Assembly: GCA_016748015.1 (NCBI GenBank)
Contig: JAAOMT010000718.1
Span: 434,001 to 498,000 of the forward strand
DNA length: 64,000 nt
Origin: Geosiphon pyriformis uo1
Lineage: Eukaryota > Fungi > Glomeromycota
Direction: 5' to 3'
Shown here: positions 53,962 through 64,000 of the stretch, in pieces
Layout of the letters: each line of letters begins with the position of its first letter
How positions within the stretch are numbered: position 1 is the first letter of the stretch
Program-made: the position numbers and the translations under genes
The notes under the pieces: model-generated
Database searches by the model: none
What the model was told of the DNA's origin: nothing
Seen by the model: only the letters and a program-made list of their open reading frames with translations

Positions 53962-54205
53962 ACTCGATTAAACAGAGTTTATATGATGGGGGGGGGGGGG
54001 TGGTAGTCTTTTTTTTTTGAATTTTTTTAGGTCAAAAAAAAATGAGTTTCCTGATGATGTCACCAATATATTTGATTTGGGAAAGATCATAAGAACTAAA
54101 ATTGGAAATGTAAAGTCTGTTGCTTTTTACATAATAAATACTATTTTATTTTATTTTTTTTGAAAAATAGCATTATACAAATATTATTATATATTTAAAA
54201 TTAAA

Positions 54206-54236
<31 letters not shown>

Positions 54237-55119
54237 ATATAATATACATAATATAATTTAAGAAAATTTAAAAATTATACAATATAATAATATTTTTGAT
54301 AAAAAAAATAAGTCTATATTAATTTTTAAAAGAATTAAATAATTAAAAATGATTAAAAATGATAATGATGATAATGATGATAATGATGATTTTAAAAAGA
54401 ATAAAAAAAAATTAATATGATTAATGATAATGATAATGATGATAATAATAATTTTAAAGTATTTAAAACAATATATATACAGTATATATTGTAAAGTATT
54501 TTATGATTTTTTTTTATAGTTTTTTATGTGTATATATAAAGATTAAAAAAAAAAAGCATATATATTAATCTTGTTTATTTACATTAATAATAATAATAAT
54601 AATAATAATTTTTGTATTTTTTATTCTTATTTTATTTTTGTTCATAAATTACGTATAAATAAGCAGAATTATGTATAAATAAACAGAAATTAAAGCGATG
54701 TTTGATATATATTAAAAAACTCCCCTCTCCCCTCCGATTTAAAAAACGATTAAAAAATCTTTGAAAACTAATAATTTTCTTTGCTATAACGAAAAATTTC
54801 TATACGACTAAAAGGTTTATGTAGAGTAAAATTCCTATGTTTTGGTCAATTGATTAATCTTATAATTGAATCTCTTATCAATAATAAACAGTAAAGATTT
54901 TAAGATTCACATAATTTTTAAATGGTCAGTGCTGCAAAAGCAAAGCAAAGCAAAGCAAAGCAAAAGCAAAAGGAAAAAACAAATAATTGTCTGAAATGAA
55001 ATCATACTGTATCTATCGGAGGTTTTTAAGATTTTTTTTTCCCAACCAATAGTTTTTGTCATTGTTCGATTTCATTGAAAAATAAGATTTTAGAATTTTG
55101 AGAAAGAAATGATTTATCT

Positions 55120-55161
<42 letters not shown>

Positions 55162-55195
55162 TATCACAATTTTATTTTCTATTATTATTATTTTC

Positions 55196-55265
<70 letters not shown>
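55120..55265. repeat. (AAT)n followed by (ATT)n microsatellites
   Basis: Direct reading of the sequence. Confidence 0.9.
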
Positions 55266-56221
55266 TAAAACAAAGAATTTGATTTGATTTGATTCACAAT
55301 GTGTGAAATCGGGGTTAGGGAAAAAAAAGAAAAAAAAGCTCGATAAATTTAATAAAAGATTTTTTTTTCTAACTTTATTAAGGGTTCAATTCATGAAAAA
55401 AGAAAATATTTATTTGTTATTTGATTTTAAAAAAAAAAATGAATTAAAAGGTGTAACTATTTTGTTTTGTTTTATTTTGTTTTTACTGGTTATTTAATAC
55501 TTTTCAATTGATAATAACAACAAAAAAAAAAATGAACATGATGCCACAAAAATTGTTTCTTGTTCTACAGGTTTGCTTATTTTACCACCCCGAGACATTT
55601 TTAGTCACATGGTTTTCGATTCGATTTATAGATCTTTATTATTATGATTATGATTATGATTATGATTATTATTATTATTACAACAGATTGTTAAAATGGG
55701 TAAAAGATTCCTTTATTTCTTTTTAAAGACATTTAGTTATCATTCATTCTCTTATAATTTATTACTTTGAGCTGGCCCATTAAAAATGTTTTGCTTTTAA
55801 TCTTGGGAAACTCTTAAAGTCTTTTATATAGTTTTAAAAAAAAATTTTTAAGAACATGTAAATTATTTTTTTCATTTTTCATATATACATGTAAATTTTT
55901 TTCACTGGATAATTTTAATAAACATTAATTACTTTGATTTCAATGAGAACTAAGCATGAATTAAAGGTTCGAATAAATATTTTAATCATTACTATTAATA
56001 TTTCATTAACTATAATGAATATAAATGGATAGCATACAATAAACACCATTCAAATAAAAATTTTATCGGAATCATTTATTTTTTCCCTATTACATACATA
56101 TCAATATCCTCGTAAATCGTAGATTAACTATGTTTAATACAAAATCTTTTTGTTCATTTTTACTTTGGGAATTCCCACTGAATTTTGATGTAATTCATAA
56201 ATTGGGGGAGGTTGGGAAAGA

Positions 56222-56275
56222 TTTGGTAGGGAAAGAAGGGAATAACTGGGATCCCCCACTTCTTTCCCTATCAAA
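56222..56275. repeat. Inverted repeat/hairpin, 17-bp arms (16/17 complementary)
   Basis: tttggtagggaaagaag ... cttctttccctatcaaa. Confidence 0.8.
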
Positions 56276-56716
56276 ATCGAATTCTACAAATTTTTATAAC
56301 AGAATCCTCCGATATCGTAATGCAGGATGGGTAAATCGAATATTTTAAAATCATAATGAATATACTCAATATATTAATCATCAGCTTGCTTAACCTGAAA
56401 GAAAAGTGGGTCACAAGTTAATTTCTCTGTAAGACACAGGTCACGGCGATGTACATGAGAAACAACTAATAACTATTTATGGTTATCCATTTAAATTATA
56501 GAAATTACCACGTATGTATGTAACCTTCTGTGATAAAAAATAAGCAGTACTGGTCTACATACCATTTACTGTACCTAAAAGTAATGGAACCAACAATATT
56601 TAATAAATACTAATTTAACACAAGAATATTGAGAAATGAAGTATACACAAAAGGAAACCTTTTGAGCAGTCGCTCACTAAATAAATTTCCACAAGTGTAA
56701 AACAAATTTATATGAG

Positions 56717-56760
56717 AAAAAGTGAGAGAAAATGGATAATTAGATTTTCTCTCACTTTTT
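56717..56760. repeat. Perfect 17-bp inverted repeat, 10-nt loop
   Basis: aaaaagtgagagaaaat-ggataattag-attttctctcacttttt. Confidence 0.85.
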
Positions 56761-57123
56761 TTTTTGACGATTGAAACCAACTAATTACTACTTTTTACCG
56801 GAAAGTTTCAACTCGTGTCATCGGGTTATCGATACTTTTTTTATAATCCAGAGAATTAAAGAAATCGAGTTAGTATTATTATTATTATTATTATTATTAT
56901 TTTTTGAATACAAAAAAATTGATATTATCATCATCAAACTTGGATTTGAAACCTTTTTAGAACTTGGGTATTTTTATTACTATTTAAAAAATAAAAGATT
57001 AATAATAAAAATATCAAAATTTGAATTCATAGAAATGTATGAGGGTTGATCAAAAAGTTACATCATTAACAATTCATTTAAAAAAAAACCGAGGGGTCAA
57101 AACTAAATTTTCATTTCCTTTGA

Positions 57124-57178
<55 letters not shown>

Positions 57179-57269
57179 TATTATTTTTGGTAACCTAAAC
57201 GTTTTTTATTTGTTCATTTTTACTATTATGACAAAAAAATGATTCTATTCTATTCCATTGGACAAAATT

Positions 57270-57363
<94 letters not shown>

Positions 57364-57542
57364 NNNNNNNNNNNNNNNNNNNNNNNNNNNNNNNNNNNNN
57401 NNNNNNNNNNNNNNNNNNNNNNNNNNNNNNNNNNNNNNNNNNNNNNNNNNNNNNNNNNNNNNNNNNNNNNNNNNNNNNNNNNNNNNNNNNNNNNNNNNNN
57501 NNNNNNNNNNNNNNNNNNNNNNNNNNNNNNNNNNNNNNNNNN
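57364..57542. other. Assembly gap (N run) flanked by long poly-T and poly-A
   Basis: 179 Ns between a T-run (~57272-57363) and an A-run (from 57543). Confidence 0.99.
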
Positions 57543-57586
<44 letters not shown>

Positions 57587-57594
57587 AAATAAAA

Positions 57595-57635
<41 letters not shown>

Positions 57636-57864
57636 AAAAGGCTGAAGCGGGTAAGAAAAATAAATAAATAAATGATATAATTAAAGTCATCGACCCACCT
57701 CAAGAAACCAAGAAATCAAGAAGAACTATAAATACTCATCCTTATTTTACTTTATCTTTTCTTCTCACGCAAAATACTGTCTGATTCAATATTTTATGCG
57801 AAAATCATGTATTAAAAAAAAAACCCTTCTCTTGTCAAAAAAGCTTGGAAATTGATATTCATAT

Positions 57865-57908
<44 letters not shown>

Positions 57909-58880
57909 TAATTTATACTTGTAATATTATATATATATATATATATATATTCATTTCTCTATACATTGTAATACCCAATAATTGATTGAACTCCAGCTAT
58001 TTTTGACTTTTCAAAATTTTTTGGAGTTGGACATCCGAGAAAAAAAAAAAATCTTTTTTTTTTTTAATTATAATAACCCACCTTACCTATTTTTTGTCCG
58101 CACACCCACTCGCCCAACACACACACACACACATATATATTAAAAAAAAAAAATACCCGTACAACGCGGGAAAAAAGAGAAACCGGATTTAATTATATCA
58201 TTCAAAAATTCTTGGGAAATTCTCATTCACATATTTCATCATTATTTTAAAAAAAAAATTGTTTAAAAACCATCCCGCTATTTTTTTTTTGTCCTCCTCT
58301 CGCAAATTTTAATTAACCTTCGATCAACATTATTACGGCCAAAAGAAGAAATCCGGAATCTCAACCTGTTTTTTTTTTCTAAACTTGGTAAATTTTTAAA
58401 GAAACTATAGTTGTCATTATTGTTTTGTTACTGTTTTTGTTTTTGTTGTTGCTGTGGTTGTTGTTGTTGTTGTTGTTGGTGAAAGACATTCTTTTTCGTT
58501 TCATAATTTTATTTTGTTTGAGTTTTGAAAAAGGATAGTTAAATATCTAGTAGAACTAGACTTTTTATTTACCAACTAAATTTTTTTTCCTTTCTACCTT
58601 TCAAACCACCACTACCACACCACCACTATTACCACTATTACCACTACTACCACTATTACCACTACTACCACTACTACCACTATTACTACTACTACTACTA
58701 CCACCACCACCACCACCACCACTACTACACCACTACGACCACTATCACTACCACCACTATCACTACCACCGCTACAACCACTATCACTACCAAAAGAAAA
58801 CTCGAAACCCAATCTTCCCAAAATTCAACCTTCTACCTCAAACCAACTCGTGACTCGACTCCAATTTTTATTTCAAAACT

Positions 58881-60188
58881 ATGCCTTCCCTTTTAAGAGA
58901 CTCTTGGCGAGAGTTGACTGGCAAGTTTCCGCGAAATAATGTCCCATCTAATTCACCGGACACCTCACGTTCTCCGAAATTTTCTGACTTTCTTCATCTC
59001 ACACCAGCCTTACTGGAAGAACTCAAACGTCTTTTATTCGCAGCTTTGGCTTTTATAATTGTTGGTATGATTGTCACCTTTAACATCCAATGGTCAGATA
59101 TGCGTTGGAAAAACTCAGGCGACGATATGAAACCATTAGTCGACTTGGGTTTCAAGGTTTTACCAGAAACTGACAAAATTTTCTTGGCTGATTTGTTCAT
59201 GTTGACCCTGCTTGGCGGTTCAATTTGTTTCACCTTGTTCATGGCTGACTCTCATCGCGCTCGAATAATAATTGCGAGAAGAATAATCTGGATTCTTACC
59301 ATATTAGTCAGCTTTCGTGGTATCACGCTCTCCGTTACTACCTTACCGAGTCCGAAAAATTGTGTTCCCTTACATCCTGGCTCATTCTTCAACATGGTGA
59401 ACCAAGGAGTTCAATTGATTTTAGGTGGTCTTAAAGCTTGTACTGATAATATTTATTCTGGTCACTCCATTTTTATCACTACCAGGTAAACCACTTTTCA
59501 ATTCCTTATTATTGAGTTCATTATTATTATTAATAAATTCAATGACATATTAATTTTCTTTTCTTTTCTTTTCACTTCCTCCTCTTCTTTAAGCGTTCTT
59601 TTGTTTCGTGTCTATTGTAAATATCCTCTCATTATTTATTATTCTTATCTTCACGGTATCACCGGTCTTGGTCTGCTCATAGCTACACGTCTACATTACA
59701 CCGTTGACGTGTTACTGGCCGTTTTCATCACCTACGCCGTACACTCGATCTATTACATGATCGTAGATCTTTGTATCGAAAAACATTTCTTACATATACG
59801 ACGAGCCGAAGAACGACTTGGTGATAAAGATCTTTACCAACGAGCTGCTCAAATACCAAACATGTTAAATACTAGCTGGGTGGGAATTGTGAGATGGATG
59901 GATGGGTTGGATATTAGATTCAAGTTAGAAGATGACGATGTCGTCACTCATACCACTCAGTTTGCCAATCAAATTCAACAACAAGTACTCTCAAGAAGAA
60001 AATCTAATCCAACAACGACCACTGATCAACAGCAGCAGCAACAACAACAAAATGTTGTTGTTACCTCAATGTCGGAAATGACTCAAGTGGTAGTAGTCAA
60101 TCCCCCTGAAAATGCTCTCCAAAGAAATGATAGCGGTCAAGGTACTTCAACGATTCGACCATCAACAACCTTATCCACAGATTTATAA
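58881..60188 (+). CDS. Sphingomyelin-synthase/IPC-synthase-like (PAP2_C) membrane protein; exons 58881-59485, 59594-60188
   Basis: PLVDLGF, FRGITLSVTTLPSP, CTDNIYSGH and RLHYTVDV (SMS D1-D4-type motifs with catalytic H/H/D), and several TM helices. Confidence 0.9.
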
Positions 60189-60954
60189 CCCTCATTCGGA
60201 TGACCCTCTTAAAAAAAAAACAATTGGAAATTAATATCATTCCATTACAAAAACAATTATTCTTTCTAGAATCAAAAGATTTTTATCTTGCCGGTTTTAA
60301 ATTTAAAGAAAAATTCCCTTTTTATTTGTACTTGTAGATTTTTTGTTGTAATTTTTTATATACATTGTTTTTTTTAAAAGAACTTTTGGTAGTTAGTGGG
60401 CTGCTGTCAAAGAGTTTTGATTAATGTGTAATATGATAATTATATCTTGTTTGTTTTTTTTTCTGATTTATTTATTGTGTTTCTTAATTGACTTTTATAT
60501 TTATACCAATTCATAAAAATTTAGACAAATTAACAAAATGGTTTAAAAAAAGTTTTTTTATTTTAACTATTTTGCATATATTAATTTTTTTGTTAAAAAA
60601 TAAAATAATAATGAAATTTTATTACAAACATGTATTATAATAAAAAATTTATTTTTTTCTTTTTTTCTTAATGTTTTTTATTCTTAATTTAAATTTTTAT
60701 TATTTATTTATTTATTTTTAACATATAAATTTGTTTGTAATTATTTTAATAAATAAATATCTTAAATTTTAAGAATAATATTTGATAAAGTTTTTTAATA
60801 TTTTTATGAATATAAAAAGTAAAAATTAAAATATAATTGTAAATAATTTTAAAATTTTTTTGAAAATAGTTATAAAATATTTGAACAAATAAAAAATAAT
60901 TTGTTTTAATATATATATATTAATTTTGTTATTTTAATAATAAATTATTATTAA

Positions 60955-60988
<34 letters not shown>

Positions 60989-62161
60989 GTTTTAACAAAG
61001 TTTAATCTATTATTATCTAATATAATATATTTTTATAAATAGTCTAAATTAAATATAATATACATATTTTTTTATATAATTAATTATTTAAATTAATTAA
61101 AACACAAATTAAGTTAAATTAAAAAAACTAAAAAAAAACCTAATTTATAAAATTTAATAATAAAATTATTTAAAACTTAATTATTAAAAATAAATTTACT
61201 TAAAAAACAATTTAATTTTTTTAATATAATATTTAATATTAAAATTATTTATTTTTTATAAAGTTAATAAATAAACAAATAATAGTTTTTTTACTTTGAA
61301 AAAAAAAATTTTTTTAATAATATTTTTATTATTTTTAATTATATTATTAAAACTTATTTTAATTTTAAGATTAATAAAGTTTTTAAATAAATTAATTAAA
61401 AAAATAATTAAAGTAACTAAAAAATTAATTGTTTAATTTAAAATTAATTATAAAATTAATAACAAAAATAACCAAAAATATAATAACAAGAAAAGCCAAA
61501 AGATAAAAACATTAGCATATGATTTTGTATTAACAAAAAAAAAATTAAAAATCTTAAAATTATTAATAAACTTAAAAAAAAATTAAATTACTAATTTTAA
61601 AAACAATATAGCCAAAAAAAATATTGACTAATTTGGTTTTAAATATGTTTTTTAAATTAATAATTTTTTTTTAATTAAGCAAAAAAAATTATAATACTGT
61701 TTTTTTAATTAATACAAATTAATAAAAAAAAACAATAATAATAACAATAACAAAAAAAAGTTTTTAATATAAACAATAATATATTATTATAAATTAACAA
61801 AAAAAAAACTTTTTTTTTCTTATGTCTAAATTTCTCAAAAAACAATTTTTAAAAAAAAAGTTTTTTTGTTTTTGTTTTTTCTATATTATTACTTTCAATA
61901 TTTCTTAAGCTAATAATTCTTTTATAGTAAATCTAAAAACTGCTATAAGTAACAATATGTCTAAGAAAAAGATGTTAAAAAAAGCTTTTTATGCTTCAAT
62001 TGATAATATTAAACACTTTGACAATAAAAAAAAATTTTTTTAATTAAATATGGCTTTAATAATAGTATATACTCAAATATAAAAAATGAATTCAGTAACA
62101 ATAAAATTAGTGATGCTTTAATGAGTATTAATGGTAGTTTTTTTTGGCTTAATTGTAATCA

Positions 62162-64000
62162 CTTTTTTTTTTTTTTATATGTTTATTGAGTGAAGTCCAA
62201 ACACAATCTAAAACTATATATCAAATAATTGATCTAAATTAGGCATGAATCATGCACTTTCTACACGTAATTAGCCACTCAGACCAATCAGAACAACACT
62301 ATGTACCTATATAAACAGAAACCGCATCTAAAGCACCTGAAACAAACAAACTAAATTTGCGCAAACCAAACCTAATGCCCAATGCATCATCAATACCCAA
62401 CAATCTGACAACTCCAGCCGAATACAGGGAAGACAGACCAGAAATAAAAACTGGCACCGAACTGTCTCGAGGAATTAACCCATGCTTCTCCATAAAAGCA
62501 CAATGTTTAACACAGACCAACCAAACCTCATCTCTAAAAGCTAGGCAAAAATCATAAACAAAGTCCACAATTTTCGCACCAGTAAGTTTCAGGTCACCAA
62601 AAACAGAAACTGCCTCAAAAAACCAATCATTAAAAACAAAGTCTTTGCATAGAGCAACACAAACCAAGGTGTCAAGAATACACGAAGAAAGAGTTCGCAG
62701 CACACAAGAAAAAAGACCACGAAGGCCAGAAATGCCTTCCCATTTAACCGCAAAATCACCAAGCAGCCGATTACAATTAGCAAAGTCAGAATTACAAGAA
62801 AAAACATGGTCCGAGACCTCCACACTTTCACAAAACAAGCAAACCACACTAGGGTAACTCTTATCATAAAGGTGTTTGTGAACGGTTACAGGCAGTCTAT
62901 GATGTAGAGCTTTCATAAAATACGTGTGCAAGCCAGCAGTCCAAATACTGGTGAAGCCAGCAGCCATGTGTGAATCGGGATGCCAAACAGAAGAAGACCT
63001 ATGCCAATTGATATCAGTGAGCAATTTGCCAGTGACAGCTCTAGTACCTGAACTGAAACCCCAACACGAACGGTGAATGGACCAATAAATGTCACACACA
63101 AAATGCCTAGAATTACCCGAAACCGGATTACCACCAGCCAGAATAAACTGCTCGTCCAGCCGAGGGGAAAGAACAAAATCAGAAAGAGCTGCACGGCTAG
63201 CCAGATCATCAGCCCAGTCATTACCTACAACACCAGAATGTCCTTTAATCTTACATCAGCTGACATCCAACCTCTTAGCATAAATAAAACCAGCAATATG
63301 ACAGCACTTCACCCAACAACTATTCCAAAAATCCGGATGCACAAAACCCAATTCCGACCTGCAAACGTCCAATGCGGCCTGACTATCTGAAAATAAACTA
63401 ACTTTGTTAACCACAGGAACACACTCGAAAGCAAGTGCAATAGCTTGCAATTCTGCTAAAATAGATGACAACAAACCCGAAACCTTAACACCTAAACTCA
63501 TATTAATATTATCAAAGAAAACTGCCACACTTGATTTAACACTGAAAGTGCCCAAATCAGCCAAGGATCCATTAGTATAGACTGAAAGGCTATCAGCACC
63601 CAATCCCAACAAATGATTATGAACCAAATCAAAATCAGTGGATTCCAAGACACTAGGAGCAGAAGAAATGTTCACTGAACAGCCATGAACAAAAGAAGAT
63701 GACCCCACACTACCAAGATAACCAACAGAGACACCAAACCAATCAGGAATGGGGCCATGCAGATCCAGCCTTTTCCAATACTTGAAAGTCTTCCAGTCAA
63801 AAACACTACCATTGTGTCAACGCAATTGTTCTACAAAGGCAATTCCATACCACTGAAGTGAGGAGAAACACCTAGAGAATTTCACCTCTCTAAGAACCCA
63901 AGACATGGGAGTTCCATGGGAGAATCGGAATGCACTGGGGCCAGGACTACTAAAGGATAAGCTGCAATCGGCAAAAATACGAACCACACCTGCCAGAAAA
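62162..64000 (-). mobile_element. Younger LINE, 3' portion (RNase H, zinc finger, 3' tail, poly(A)); continues beyond the window
   Basis: SVYTNGS, AELQAIALA, KIKGHSG, CLFCESVEVSDHVFSC, stop at 62299-62301, tail and T-run ~62163-62176. Retains many CpGs and long open frames. Confidence 0.92.

Noticed and set aside
55311-55320. GGGGTTAGGG, a telomere-like motif or possible telomerase-RNA template on the minus strand
   Set aside because: Single short occurrence expected by chance; I could not identify any supporting pseudoknot or other telomerase RNA structure.
57239-57703. Poly-F/poly-K ORFs and an apparent giant T/A hairpin around the gap
   Set aside because: Homopolymers flanking an N gap; lengths and adjacency are unreliable assembly features.
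61900-62160. Possible plus-strand decayed 5' part of another LINE ORF1 (…MSKKKMLKKAFY…)
   Set aside because: Resemblance rests on memory only, with no in-window homologue to align; not listed as a feature.

Overview
Eukaryotic, intron-rich, very AT-rich fungal DNA. The gene set, short GT-AG introns and TE families suggest an early-diverging fungus (Mucoromycota/Glomeromycotina, possibly Geosiphon-like; this is my recollection, not verified). The window has two compartments. (1) Compact gene islands that keep their CpGs: RPL2/uL2, an IFI6/IFI27(ISG12)-domain gene, a CsbD-like stress gene with a duplicated exon, TOE1-like CAF1 nuclease, DAHP synthase, TAD3, SPC1, a thiolase pseudogene, an EngB/MRX8-like GTPase, SPT6 and a sphingomyelin-synthase-family gene. 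(2) Retroelement graveyards: a full-length RNase-H-bearing LINE (18.9-35.6 kb) split by a 10-kb Ty3/gypsy element (two ~1-kb LTRs, CCAT TSD, a Cys-rich insert, dUTPase and an extra 3' ORF), a younger LINE 3' part at the right edge, a 357-bp Mutator-type MITE with a 9-bp TSD, and extremely AT-rich tracts. The main observations are: (a) a family of ORF1-only ('half-LINE') retroposons that end in the same ~130-nt stem-loop/poly(A) tail as the autonomous LINEs, with at least three copies here; (b) much of the AT-rich DNA is decodable as copies of these elements erased by near-exhaustive C>T/G>A transitions, suggesting a repeat-directed, RIP-like hypermutation process; (c) the resident gypsy element carries a dUTPase and two uncharacterised accessory modules. 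All alignments were done by eye and no database searches were run.
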